Assembly (NCBI GenBank): GCA_964016885.1
Contig: OZ024744.1
Span: forward strand, 42,532,001-42,596,000
DNA: 64,000 bases
From: Eledone cirrhosa
Taxonomy: Eukaryota
Direction of reading: 5' to 3'
Under the pieces are notes generated by a model that had not been told where the DNA came from, did not search any database, and saw only the letters and a list, made by a program, of their open reading frames with translations. This document shows positions 18,001 through 32,474 of the stretch, piece after piece (the stretch's first letter is position 1; each line of letters begins with the position of its first letter). The translations under genes were made by a program, and so were the position numbers.

Positions 18001-21000
18001 AACACTGTCATAACTACCAATATCATATCACTGTCATAACTACCAATATCCTAACACTGTCATAATTACCAATATCATATCACTGTCATAACTACCAATA
18101 TCCTAACACTGTCATAACTACCAATATCATAACATTGTCATAATTACCAATATCATAACACAATCATAACTACCAATATCATATCACTGTCATAACTATC
18201 GATATCGTAACACTGTCATAATTACCAATATCATAACACTGTCATAACTACCAATATCCTAACACTGTCATAACTACTAATATCCTAACACTGTCATAAC
18301 TACCAATATCCTTACACTGTCATAACTACCAATATCATAACAATGTCATAACTACCAATATCCTAACAGTCATAACTACTAATATCACAACACTGTCATA
18401 ACTACCAATATCCTAACACTGTCATAATTACCAATATCATAACACTGTCATAACTGCCAATATCCTACCACTGTCATAATTACCAATATCCTAACACTGT
18501 CATAACTATCAATATCCTTACACTATCATAACTACCAATATCATATCACTGTCATAACTACCAATATTATAACACTGTCATAACTACCAAATTATATCAC
18601 TGTCATAACTACCAATATCATAACACTGTCATAACTACCAATATCATAACACTGTCATAACTACCAATATCATAACACTGTCATAATTACCAATATCATA
18701 ACACTGTCATAACTACTAATATCCTAATACTGTCATAACTACTAATATCATAACACTGTCATAACTACCAATATCCTAACACTGTCATAATTACCAATAT
18801 CATATCACTGTCATAACTACCAATATCCTAACACTGTCATAATTACAAATATCATAACACTCTCATAACTACCAATATCCTAACACTGCCAAAGCTACCA
18901 ATATCCTAGTACTGTCATAATTACCAATATTATAACACTGTCATAACTACCAATATCATAACACTGTCATAACTACCAATATCATAATTGCCAATATCAT
19001 AACACTGTCATAACTACCAATATCCTAACACTGTCATAATTACCAATATCATAACTCTGTCATAACTACCAATATCATAACACTGTCATAACTACCAATA
19101 TCATATCACTGTTATAACTACCAATATCCTAACACTGTCATAACTACCAATATCATAACACTGTCATAACTACCAATATCATAACTGTCATAATTACCAA
19201 TATCATAACACTGTCAAAATTACCAATATCATAACCATTGTCATAACTACCAATATCCTAACACTGTCATAACTACCAATATCATAACACTGTCATAACT
19301 ACCAATATCATAACACTGTCATAACTACCAATATCATAACACTGTCATAACTACCAATATCATAACTGTCATAATTACCAATATCATAACACTGTCAAAA
19401 TTACCAATATCATAACCATTGTCATAACTACCAATATCATAACACTGTCATAATTACCAATATCATAACACTGTGGTAATTACCAATATCATAACAGTGT
19501 CATAATTACCAATAAAATATCACTGTCATAACTACCAATATCATAACACTGTCATAACTACCAATATCATAACACTGTCATAACTACCAATATCATATCA
19601 CTGTCATATCTACCAATATCCTAACACTGTCATAACTACCAATATCATAACACTGTCATAACTACCAATATCCTAACACTGTCATAACTACCAATATCCT
19701 AACACTGTCATAACTACCAATATCATAACACTGTCATAACTAGTAATATCATAATGTCATAACTACCAATATTCTAATACTGTCATAATTACCAATATCA
19801 TAACACTGTCATAATTACACATATCCTAACACTGTCATAACTACCAATATCCTAACACTGTCATAACTACCAATATTATAACATTGTCATAACTACCAAT
19901 ATCATAACACTGTCATAACTAGCAATATCATAACACTGTCATAACTACTAATATCATAACACTGTCATAACTACCAATATCATAACACTGTCATAATTAC
20001 CAATATCATAACACTGTCATAACTAGTAATATCCTAACACTGTCATAACTACTAATATCATAACACTGTCATAACTACCAATATCCTAACACTGTCATAA
20101 TAACCAATATCATATCACTGTCATAACTACCAATATCCTAACACTGTCATAATTACAAATATCATAACACTGTCATAACTACCAATATCCTAACACTGCC
20201 ATAGCTACCAATATCCTAGCACTGTCATAATTACCAATATCATAACACTGTGGTAATTACCAATATCATAACAGTGTCATAATTACCAATAAAATATCAC
20301 TGTCATAACTACCAATATCATAACACTGTCATAACTACCAATATCATAACACTGTCATAACTACCAATATCATATCACTGTCATAACTACCAATATCCTA
20401 ACACTGTCATAATTACCAATATCATATCACTGTCATAACTACCAATATCCTAACACTGTCATAACTACCAATATCATAACATTGTCATAATTACCAATAT
20501 CATAACACAATCATAACTACCAATATCATATCACTGTCATAACTATCGATATCGTGACACTGTCATAATTACCAATATCATAACACTGTCATAACTACCA
20601 ATATCCTAACACTGTCATAACTACTAATATCCTAACACTGTCATAACTACCAATATCCTTACACTGTCATAACTAACAATATCATAACACTGTCATAACT
20701 ACCAATATCCTAACACTGTCATAACTACTAATATCATAACACTGTCATAACTACCAATATCCTAACACTGTCATAATTACCAATACCATAACACTGTCAT
20801 AACTGCCAATATCCTACCACTGTCATAATTACCAATATCCTAACACTGTCATAACTATCAATATCCTTACACTGCCATAACTACCAATATCATATCACTG
20901 TCATAACTACCAATATTATAACATTGTCATAACTATCAATATCATATCACTGTCATAACTACCAATATCATAACACTGTCATAACTACTAATATCATAAC

Positions 21001-24000
21001 ACTGGCATAACAACCAATATCCTAACACTGTCATAATTACCAATATCATAACACTGTCATAACTACAAATATCATAACACTGTCATAACTACCAATATCC
21101 TAACACTCATAACTACCTATATCATAACACTGTCATAACTACCAATATCCTAACACTGTCATAACTACCAATATCATAACACTGTCATAACTACCAATAT
21201 CCTAACACTGTCATAACTACCGATATCATAACACTGTCATAACTACCAATATCATAACACTGTCATAACTACTAATATCATAACACTGTCATAACTACCA
21301 ATATCATAACACTGTCATAATTACCAATATCATAACACTGTCATAACTGCCAATATCCTAACACTGTCATAATTACCAATATCCTAACACTGTCATAACT
21401 ATCAATATCCTAACACTGTCATAACTACCAATATCATATCGCTGTCATAACTACCAATATTATAACACTGTCATAACTACCAATATCATATCACTGTCAT
21501 AGCTACTAATATCATAACACTGTCATAACTACTAATATCATAACACTGTCATAACTACCAATATCCTAACACTGTCATAACTACCAATATCCTAACACTG
21601 TCATAACTACAAATATCCTAACACTGTCATAACTACCAATATCATAACACTGTCATAACTACTAATATCATAATGTCATAACTACCAATATTCTAATACT
21701 GTCATAATTACCGATATCATAACACTGTCATAGTTACCCATATACTAACACTGTCATCACTACCAACATTATAACATTGTCATAACTACCAATATCATAA
21801 CACTGTCATAACTAGCAATATCATAACACTGTCATAACTACTAATATCATAACACTGTCATAACTACCAATATCATAACACTGTCATAATTACCAATATC
21901 ATATCACTGTCATAACTACCAACATCCTAACAATGTCATAATTACCAATATCATAACACTGTCATAACTACCAATATCATAACACTGTCATAACTACTAA
22001 TATCATAACACTGTCATAACTACCAATATCCTAACACTGTCATAATAACCAATATCATATCACTGTCATAACTACCAATATCCTAACACTGTCATAATTA
22101 CAAATATCATAACACTGTCATAACTACCAATATCCTAACACTGCCATAGCTACCAATATCCTAGCACTGTCATAATTACCAATATCATAACACTGTGGTA
22201 ATTACCAATATCATAACAGTGTCATAATTACCAATAAAATATCACTGTCATAACTACCAATATCATAACACAGTCATAACTACCAATATCATAACACTGT
22301 CATAACTACCAATATCATATCACTGTCATAACTACCAATATCCTAACACTGTCATAATTACCAATATCATATCACTGTCATAACTACCAATATCCTAACA
22401 CTGTCATAACTACCAATATCATAACATTGTCATAATTACCAATATCATAACACAATCATAACTACCAATATCATATCACTGTCATAACTATCGATATCGT
22501 AACACTGTCATAATTACCAATATCATAACACTGTCATAACTACCAATATCCTAACACTGTCATAACTACTAATATCCTAACACTGTCATAACTACCAATA
22601 TCCTTACACTGTCATAACTACCAATATCATAACAATGTCATAACTACCAATATCCTAACAGTCATAACTACTAATATCACAACACTGTCATAACTACCAA
22701 TATCCTAACACTGTCATAATTACCAATATCATAACACTGTCATAACTGCCAATATCCTACCACTGTCATAATTACCAATATCCTAACACTGTCATAACTA
22801 TCAATATCCTTACACTATCATAACTACCAATATCATATCACTGTCATAACTACCAATATTATAACACTGTCATAACTACCAAATTATATCACTGTCATAA
22901 CTACCAATATCATAACACTGTCATAACTACTAATATCATAACACTGTCATAACTACCAATATCCTAACACTGTCATAATTACCAATATCATAACACTGTC
23001 ATAACTACCAATATCATAACACTGTCATAACTACCAATATCCTAACACTGTCATAACTACCAATATCCTAACACTCATAACTACCAATATCATAACACTG
23101 TCATAACTACCAATATCCTAACACTGTCATAACTACTAATATCATATTGTCATAACTACCAATATCCTAATACTGTCATAATTACCAATATCATAACACT
23201 GTCATAACTACCAATATCCTAACACCGTCATAATTACCAATATCCTAACACTGTCATAACTACCAATATCCTAACACTGCCATAACTAGCAATATTATAA
23301 CATGGACATAACTACCAATATCATAACACTGTCATAACTACCAATATCATAACACTGTCATAACTACTAATATCATAACACTGTCATAACTACCAATATC
23401 ATAACACTGTCATAATTACCAATATCATAACACTGTCATAACTACCAATATCCTAACACTGTCATAATTACCAATATCATAACACTGTCATAACTACCAA
23501 TATCATAACACTGTCATAACTACCAATATCATAACACTGTCATAATTACCAATATCATAACACTGTGATAACTACTAATATCGTAATACTGTCATAACTA
23601 CTAATATCATAACACTGTCATAACTACCAATATCCTAACACTGTCATAATTACCAATATCATATCACTTTCATAACTACCAATATCCTAACACTGTCATA
23701 ATTACAAATATCATAACACTGTCATAACTACCAATATCCTAACACTGCCAAAGCTACCAATATCCTAGTACTGTCATAATTACCAATATTATAACACTGT
23801 CATAACTACCAATATCATAACACTGTCATAACTACCAATATCATAATTACCAATATCATAACACTGTCATAACTACCAATATCCTAACACTGTCATAATT
23901 ACCAATATCATAACTCTGTCATAACTACCAATATCATAACACTGTCATAACTACCAATATCATATCACTGTTATAACTACCAATATCCTAACACTGTCAT

Positions 24001-25112
24001 AACTACCAATATCATAACACTGTCATAACTACCAATATCATAACTGTCATAATTACCAATATCATAACACTGTCAAAATTACCAATATCATAACCATTGT
24101 CATAACTACCAATATCCTAACACTGTCATAACTACCAATATCATAACACTGTCATAACTACCAATATCATAACACTGTCATAACTACCAATATCATAACA
24201 CTTTCATAACTACCAATATCATAACACTGTCATAATTACCAATATCACAACACTGTGGTAATTACCTATATCATAACCATTGTCATAACTACCCATATCC
24301 TAACACTGGCATAACTCCCAATATCATAACACTGTCTTAACTACCAATATCATAACACTGTCATAACTACCAATATCCTAACACTGTCATAATTACCAAT
24401 ATCATAACACTGTGGTAATTACCAATATCATATCACTGTCATAACTACCAATATCCTAACACTGTCATAACTACCAATATCATAACACTGTCATAACTAC
24501 CAATATCATAACACTGTCATAATTACCAATATCCTAACACTGTGGTAATTACCAATATCATAACCATTGTCATAACTCCCAATATCATAACACTGACATA
24601 ATTACCAATATCCTAACACTGTGGTAATTACCAATATCATAACACTGTCTTAACTACCAATATCATATCACTGTCATAACTACCAATATCATAACACTGT
24701 CATAACTAACAATATCATAACACTGTCATAACTACCAATATCATAACACTGTCATAACTACCATTATCATAACACTGTCATAACTCCCAATATCATAACA
24801 TTGTCATAATTACCAATATCATAACACTGTGGTAATTACCAATATCATAACACTGTGGTAATTACCAATATCATAACCATTGTCATAACTCCCAATATCA
24901 TAACACTGTCATAATTACCAATATCATAACACTGTGGTAATTACCAATATCATAACATAGTGGTAATTACCAATATCATAACACTGTGGTAATTACCAAT
25001 ATCATAACACTGTGGTAATTACCAATATCATAACACTGTGGTAATTACCAATATCATAACACTGTGGTAATTACCAATATCATAACACTGTGGTAATTAC
25101 CAATATCATAAC
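1..25112. repeat. Satellite array, 26-bp monomer (consensus ACACTGTCATAACTACCAATATCMTA), roughly 960 copies, continuing off the left edge
   Basis: ACACTGTCAT recurs at 301, 327 and 353 (period 26). The array is uninterrupted to about 25112, with point variants and occasional 23-, 24- and 27-bp monomers. Confidence 0.98.
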
Positions 25113-25207
25113 CATTTTCAACAATCATAACATTGTCAGAACTACTAACATCATAACCACAATTTCTACCACCAATGTCATACTTGCTCACTCCTATTGC
25201 AATCAAA

Positions 25208-25253
25208 CTACTACTACTACTAGTAGTATTAATACTACTACTACTACTACTAT

Positions 25254-25299
<46 letters not shown>
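25208..25299. repeat. (ACT)n microsatellite
   Basis: Run of ACT triplets visible directly; it accounts for the poly-Thr ORF 25090-25404. Confidence 0.95.
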
Positions 25300-25300
<1 letters not shown>

Positions 25301-25644
25301 ATGTTACTATCACTGCCGTCACATCAAATGATAAACCACCAATAGCATGCGTGCGTGACTTATCAGCTGAGAAGAAATATATTAAAGAATTTATGCAAAT
25401 TTAAGCTTCTTAACTGTTTACAGAAATATTTTCCAGGATATTGAAGTGAAAAAAGACAAAATGTGTGAGTTTGGGTCTGGAGCACAAAATTATATTCATA
25501 CTTACTGGCACCCCTCCCATATACATCTAGTATGCACCACCTCCACCTTCAGCCTCCCTCCCATATACCTCCCAAGTTCTAATACTCCACCACTCACCCA
25601 CACCATATACCCACCTCCCTTTTCCTTCCCTACACACCCTTCCC

Positions 25645-25820
25645 ACCAAACGCTCAGGCGACATTGTAAAGTGGTCGTGATGGCGACACGACAAAAAATG
25701 CCCAGCCCACACTATAAAGTAGTCGTAAAGATGTCATAGCAAAAGGCACCCAGCGCACACTGTAAAGTGGTAATGTAGGTGTCATGACAAAAAACACCCA
25801 GCACTCAATGTAAATGTTGT
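25645..25820 (+). repeat. Diverged ~40-bp tandem units (CACACTGTAAAGTGGTCGT...AAAAA.CACCCAG) of the SINE/RTE 3' module
   Basis: About four units; the same unit occurs at 51530-51725 (minus), 60340-60460 and 63915-64000 (minus). Confidence 0.7.
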
Positions 25821-25826
25821 CGACAT

Positions 25827-26120
25827 TATGAATTTTAGAAGCTGATAACTAGCACCATGAGGTGGATGCTGGCAGAAGCAGGAGTGGGTAATATGTTGAA
25901 AGTCAACTGTTTCTGACTTTGGTCCTTATCATGACAGTGCTCACCATCCCAGCTCTCTGCTGGAATCCAATATAGGCGAAACATATCATTTTATGCCTAT
26001 CTACATGGGCTGATTAGCCTTATTTGCATATGGAGCTGTTTGCATACCGTATATCACTGGCTTGTAAACATACCGTATATCACTAGATATACAAATACAA
26101 ATACACATACATATATATAT

Positions 26121-26212
<92 letters not shown>

Positions 26213-26467
26213 CTATGTTAGGAGCGAACACCTTAATTCTATTTTCAGGCTGAGATGGCTGACAGCTCTATATGCGAATGAGGTTTTCAGCCCATGTACA
26301 TAGGCATCAAAACTATATGTTTCGCTTATATTAGATTCCAACAGGGAGGGGGAGTGCTGTATTGATAATGACCGAGGTCAGAAACAGTCAACTTTCAACA
26401 GATTACCCACTCCTTCTTCTCCTGGAATTGACCTCATGGTGTTAGCCATCAGCTTCCAAAATTCATA
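25827..26467. repeat. Long imperfect inverted repeat (arms ~25827-26039 and ~26262-26467) around a (TA)n-containing spacer
   Basis: TATGAATTTTAGAAGCTGAT...GAGCTGT is matched in reverse complement by ACAGCTC...ATCAGCTTCCAAAATTCATA along ~210 bp. Confidence 0.85.
26112..26209. repeat. (TA)n microsatellite
   Basis: Directly visible. Confidence 0.97.
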
Positions 26468-26587
26468 GCTAAAGGCTTTCAAATGTGTATTTGTAAACAT
26501 ACTGTATATTGCTAGATATACAAATAAACATACCTATATTTATACAACTATGTCGGACATCTTAATTCTCTCTCTATATATATATGT

Positions 26588-26626
<39 letters not shown>

Positions 26627-26635
26627 CACATATAT

Positions 26636-26800
26636 ATCATCATCAACATCGATTAACGTCTATCTTCCACGCTAGCATGGTTTAGAAGGGTTTGTTCAAA
26701 TTAGAGGCAAGTTGGGTCACGTGACCATGTCTCGCTCATATAGGAGAGTTTCTGGCTGGTTTTCTATGTCTGGATGCCCTTCCTAATGCCAACCACATTG
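26636..26800 (-). mobile_element. SINE/RTE 3'-tail module fragment
   Basis: Reverse complement of GTGGTTGGCATTAGGAAGGGCATCCAG...CATGCTAGCGTGGAAGATAGACGTTAA followed by (GAT)n, like 60455-60620. Confidence 0.75.
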
Positions 26801-26999
26801 ATGTGTTGTTATCAGACAGATATTTAGGTGTAATATTATTTTGTTTTTGTTTCTGATATACTCACCATAATAGAGAACTCGGTGTTGGTAGTCCGGATAT
26901 ATGATGTACAAACGATAGCAAGAGGCAAGCAAGGGGTGGGGAAGTAAATTGCTAGATTAAAGGTGTTAAATTACTAAATTAAGTCATCAGCTTCGATTT

Positions 27000-28854
27000 A
27001 CAAGGGGTAAAAAGTAGGCTGGAACACGTTTTGTGGGTGTTCCCGTCGTCCCTCTGTTTATCTTCCTTAACCTACAGGTTTATATACAGAGAAGGTCCAT
27101 TTACTCGGGCCATTTTTGCCACATTCACCCACCTTTCAGCGAATTTATGGGGTGTAGCACCTCTCTCTCCACTCTCACCGTCCTTCTGAAGTGATACTTA
27201 AAGAAGGGGATAAGTTGTTGCCCGGAGAGAAAGGTGTTTTCACTCAGTCCTTTTAACCTCGTCCACCATATTACCTCTTTCGCCATAGCCACCAGACAGA
27301 GGAAAACTGCCTCTCCTCCATTCTTAAATGAAGGCGGCGGGTGATCCTCACGATGAACTCGGTTGACAACTGGATGCGTCCCACACGTGAGAGCAGCTGT
27401 TCGACATAATTCCACAGGTCGGTCACCCCTGGGCACTGAACAATTGCATGCAGAATGGTTTTAATGTCCTGCTTGCATCTTGGACAGGTCCTTTTGGCAG
27501 GATCTCTGCCAGGGCGTCTGTGCCTGTAGATTTTGTCTCGAACTGGTAGAGCTTCTCGGTAACACTGCCAGGCCAGAGATCTTTGGAAGTTATCCATAGG
27601 CCCAGGACGGAAAGGCCTCCCGAACAGACTGGTCAGTCAGTTCGTCTTCCTCGATGCCTAGAGTTTCCCCGAGAATGCTGTCGCACTTATCCTCCACTAA
27701 TCCTCTATACAATGTCAAGGTGGAGTCTCCGCTGATTGCCGTTTCTGCTTGGTAGAGGGCTGTGAGCGCCTGAAGTGCCAGGCGTTTATTTTCGATCTTC
27801 GCTTGACCCAGGACTGCAGCTCTGTTAGTGAGACGAGTTGTGGAAGAGCTTGTCTCACAAACGACAGCCACACCGGTTAACCGGTCAGGAATACCTGGAG
27901 ATGGGGTAGCCTCAGTGAGTGTTTTCACATCATCAGCCATGGCATGCCCAGCCCTCCATTAGCAGGGTGTGGCAGCAGATGGATCTCCTCACCAAAGGAA
28001 CCTGTTTCTTCCAGAGGAACTTGAAGAGTAGGCGTTCCATTTTGGTGAGGTGTTCGCAGAGACAAGGCACAACTGTCAAGCGGTAGTAGATGATGGATGC
28101 TATGTAAGTGTTTGCCACCTCCGCTCGACGTTTCAAGGAGAGTTTGCACTCAGCCCACTTCTGGGTAAGTGCAAACACCTTTGCAGTGACCTCGTTCCAG
28201 TTCCTGTCCACCTGGGGTTCTGGACCAAACCAGACCCCGAGCAATTTCACTGGTCCTTCCGTCCAGCATCCAAATACGCTGTCAGAAGGCATGGGTTTGC
28301 CTCTCCATGTGCCGAGTTGCAAACCGACAGACTTGTTTCGGTTTAGTCTTGCTCCTGTCAATGTTTCATGTTCCTGTAATAAGTTGCCGATTACTCCGAT
28401 TTCTGAGGTTTTTGACACCATTACAGTTACGTCATCGGCATAGGCTGACGCTGCTTTCCACAGTCCTGGTTCAATCGGGTTGCCCTGCAACAGCTCCAAG
28501 TTCCTCAGTAATGGCTCAAGAGTCAGTACATACAGAATGTAGGAGAGAGGGCATCCATAAGGGATGGAATGCATGATTTGGAATGGCTCCAATAGGTAGC
28601 CATTCACCTTGACTGCCGAGCAGATGCTGGTGTGCATGGAAACAATCCAGCCTCTGAAGATGGGACCGAAGCCGGCCGCCTTGAGAACCGCTTCCAAGTA
28701 TTGATGATGGACCCTTTCCAATACCTTAGACTCATCTAAATTGATCAGAGCCCCACCGAAGCCAGGTTTACACCCTACCCCCTCTAAGATGTATCGCATG
28801 AGGTGGAGGTTGTCGTGTATGGACCTGGTCGGGATTGCACACATTTGCACTTCC
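27000..28854 (-). mobile_element. Tx1-like non-LTR retrotransposon, 5'-truncated decayed copy (E7): RT and C-terminal zinc finger, ORF2 stop at 27072
   Basis: ORF pieces carry IHDNLHL, GCPLS, YADDV and CPRC..HAIVQC and are homologous to the other copies. Several frameshifts; the 3' terminus is not clearly defined. Confidence 0.88.
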
Positions 28855-28856
28855 AA

Positions 28857-28963
28857 AGATATAGATAAATAGACAGTTCGACATACAGACAGACAGGAAG
28901 ACTGGCAGATAGATATGTGGATAGATAGATAGATAGATAGATGGGTAGATAGATAGATAGATA
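28857..28963. repeat. (GATA)n / degenerate GACA-GATA microsatellite between E7 and E6
   Basis: Directly visible. Confidence 0.93.
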
Positions 28964-29198
28964 TATTTCTTTATTAGCCACAAGGGCGCACAAGAAAAGG
29001 GGACAATACAAAGACATGCTGGGGATTTTACATACAATGGGGCAAAAAAATATAAAACAAACAATTACAACAATCGAAATCCCCGAAGGGGGGAGGCGTT
29101 ACAAATGGGTATTTTAATACCCCGTCGATAGAACAACCCTCAACTTCAGGAGGGTGTTGTGCAAGTGCTCCTTTCTTCCTTTTGTTCTCTTCTTCAAC

Positions 29199-32100
29199 CT
29201 ACAGGTTTATAAACAGAGAAGCCCCAATCCCTCGAGCCATTTTTTCCCCATTCACCCACCTTTCAGTAAATTTACTGGGGTGCAGTGCCTCTCTCTCCAC
29301 TCTGATTCTCCTTCTAAAGTGGTATCTAAAGAAGGGAATGAGTTATTGTCCGGGGAGAAAGGCATCTGTCCTCAGTCCTCTCAATCTCATCCACCATATA
29401 ACCTCTTTCACGATAGGCACTATACAGAGGAAAGAAGTTGGCGGTTTGATCCTTACTATGGACTCGGCAGTCAACTGGATTTGTCCCATACGCAACAGCA
29501 GTTGTTCCGCGTAGTTCCACGGGTCGGTTACGCCCGGGCAGTGTACAATTGCGTGCAGGACGGGTTCAATGTCCTGCGCGAATCTTGTACACGTCCTCTT
29601 GGAAGGATCCCTGCCGGGGCGTCTTTGCCTGTAGATCTTGTCACGAACTGGTAGAGCTCCTCGGAAGCACTGCCAGGCCAGGAACCTCTGGAGGTTTTCC
29701 ATGGGTCCCGGGCGGAGTGTCCTACCAAACAGACTGGTGAGTTCTTCGTCTTCGACGCCTAGAGTCGCTCCGAGCACCTCATCGCCCTTGTGACGTACTA
29801 GCCGTCTATAGAATGTCGGAGTGGAGTCTCCACTGATTGCCATGCCTGCTTGACAGAGGACTGTGATCGCCTGAGCGCATTCAATGTGCCAGAGGCCCAT
29901 CTTCTTCGGTCTTGGCTTGACTCAGGACTGCAGCTCCGTCAGCGAGACAAATTGCGGGAAGGCCTGTCTCACAAACGGTGCCCACACCGGTTAGGGGTCG
30001 GTGAGGAATACTTGTAGATGTCGTAGCCTCAGCACATGCTTGCACATCATCAGCCACGGCATTCCCAGCCTGAAGGGTGCTGACAGCAGACGGATCTCCT
30101 CACCAGTGGAACGTGCTTCTTCCAATGGAACTGGAAGAGCATGCGTTCCATCTTAGCGAGGTGTTCACGGGGACAAGGCACGACGGTCAAGCAGTAGTAG
30201 ATGGCGGACGCTATGAAAGTGTTCGCCACCTCCGCTCGACCTTTCAAGGATAGTTTGCACTCTGCCCATTTCTGGGTGAGCGCAAACACCTTGGTCATTC
30301 CAGTTTTTCTCCACCTGGAGGTCTGGACCGAACCAGACCTCGAGCAATTTCACCGGTCCGTCCATCCAGCGTCCGACGACGCTGTCGGACGGCATTGGTT
30401 TGCATCTCCACGTTCCGAGTTGCGAACCGACAGACTTGTCCGGGTTCAGTTTTACTCCTGTGAACCTTTCATATTCCTGCAGTAAGTTGCCGATCTCCCC
30501 GATTTCGGAGGCTTCCGACACCATTACTGTGACGTCATCGGCATAAGCAGACACCGCTTTCAGTAGTCTCAGTTCCAACGGAATGCCCTGCAACAGCTCT
30601 TATTTATGCAGTAGTGGCTCTAGAGTCAGTACGTACAGAATGGAGGAGAGAGGGCATACCAGTCGGATGGAACGCATGATTGCGAACGGCTCCGATAGGT
30701 AGCCGTTCACCTTGACCATCGAGCAGATGTTGGTGTGCATTGCAGTGATCCAGCCTCTAAAGACGGGTCCGAAACCGGCCGCCTTGAGAACCGCTTCCAA
30801 GTATCGATGGTCGACCCTATCGAACGCCTTAGACTGATCTAAATTGATCAGAGCCCCAACAAATCCGGGTTTATACCCCACCCTCTCTATGATGTATCGC
30901 ATGAGGTGGCGGTTGTCGTGTATGGACCTGGTCGGGATTGCACACGTTTGTGCTTTCCCTACCAGGTTCTCGACGACAAGCGCCAACCTCGTTGCCAACA
31001 CCTTGGCCAAAATCTTTAACTCTGTGTTGAGCAGAGTCATGGGCCTAAAGTTGCTTAGTTCGTCCCCTTTGTTTTTCGTCATTCCTGATCAGCGTTACCA
31101 CGCCCCTGCCTGCAGAACTGGGGAATTCTCCCGTTCTGCTGCCAGTTGCAGTAGACGGCCTTGAGGACGCCAGAGAACAAGTCCGGCATGCCTATGTATA
31201 ACTCATAGAGTAGACCATCTATACCGGGTGATTTGCGTTTCCTACAGCGGCCCAGAGCGTCCCATATCTCAGTGGCCCAAACAGTTGCACAAAGTACCGC
31301 TGAAAGACTGCGCACATCTGCTTGGGGTCAACTAGCACGCGTCCGTTTTGGTATTTCAAAGACCGAAACGTGGACTTGTTACCACTTTTCGCCTCTGCCA
31401 CTCGGGCCCAGCTAACAGCTTTCGCTCCCTCGTTTCCTAGAGCACGTGATTTACTTCTGACCACGCAGCCTTCGTATTTCGCGTCGAAGAACTGGTCCAG
31501 TGCCGTTCTTGTTGCTAGCACTCTAGCTACGTTGTCACTCCTAAGCGCTTCCTCTATCTTGGCTACTAGTTCCGTTTCTGTTTTGTTTCTCTCGACTCTA
31601 CTCTAATTGCTTTCTTGAGGGAGTACCACCATCTGTTGTTGACAATTGCTCCCGTCAATTGTTGCTTAACTAATCTACTTATCCGTTCATTGTAGGCTTT
31701 ACGTGTCGGTAGCGACACGTTCAGCTTCCAGTATTCGGGTCCTTGTCTATGTATTCTATCACGGTTGACTATGCAGAGGACTAGTTTGTGGTCTGAATAG
31801 GTAACCATGTGCATTTGTGGACAGCTTAACATCTTCTTGTCCCTCTCTCTAATGAAAAACCTATCTAAATACGATCTAGATGTCCCGCTGCGGTTTGCCC
31901 ACGTCCACTGTGGGGCAGTCGGGAAATCTAGTCGATATCTATCGGCCAGTTGGAATTGGCCGATTAGATTTTTGAGGCTGTTGCACCCTCCTCTACTGGG
32001 ACATGCTCCCACATAGTCCCATCGTGCATCTAGGATACCATTCCAGTCCCCCACTAAAAGTAAGGAGCGAGGCGTTCCCAGAAAAGAGTCTAGACGCTTA

Positions 32101-32474
32101 AAGAAGTCTGGCCGCGATTGCCATTGCCCGGTCGGGACATAAACGGCCACCAGTCTGAAGGCTCCACCTCCAATACTGTTCACGTCGAGGACTACCAGTC
32201 TACCCTCTGGGTCCAAGTGTACTTGCTGTACTTCGACGTCCAGGTTTTTCCGGAACATGACAGCCACTCCCCCTCCACCTCCTGGCTGACAGAGAGATGC
32301 GTAGATCTCAAAGTCATTGAAGATGGGGGTTAGTTGCTGCCTGTTGTGGATCCTGGACTTGGTGATGGCTATCATATCCATACCCTGTGACCTAAGGTCG
32401 TTTAAAAGTTGGCCCTGTTTCCAGGGCATCCCTAGACCACGCACATTCACGCTTCCAACTCGTAAACTAGCTAT
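29199..32474 (-). pseudogene. E6 ORF2: APE endonuclease, reverse transcriptase and C-terminal CCHC; frameshifted
   Basis: APE motifs NVRGL, VAVYVP, GDWN, SYLDR, SDH; RT motifs FRPMTLLN, LDQSKAFDRV, YADDV. Split over at least 7 ORF pieces. Confidence 0.92.

Noticed and set aside
1-25112. CRISPR-like or telomeric array, or a coding repeat
   Set aside because: Monomers are contiguous with no unique spacers, there are no TTAGGG-type units or cas genes, and the ORF track shows no ORF inside the array.
25755-25780. Satellite derived from the SINE 40-bp unit (shared ACACTGT...GTGGTAAT)
   Set aside because: The match is only 7-8 nt in AT-rich DNA, too short to support common origin.
25945-25995. 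Hammerhead in the inverted repeat (CTGCTGG...GCGAAACATAT)
   Set aside because: The CTGANGA core is absent in both arms, and stems I-III cannot be built.
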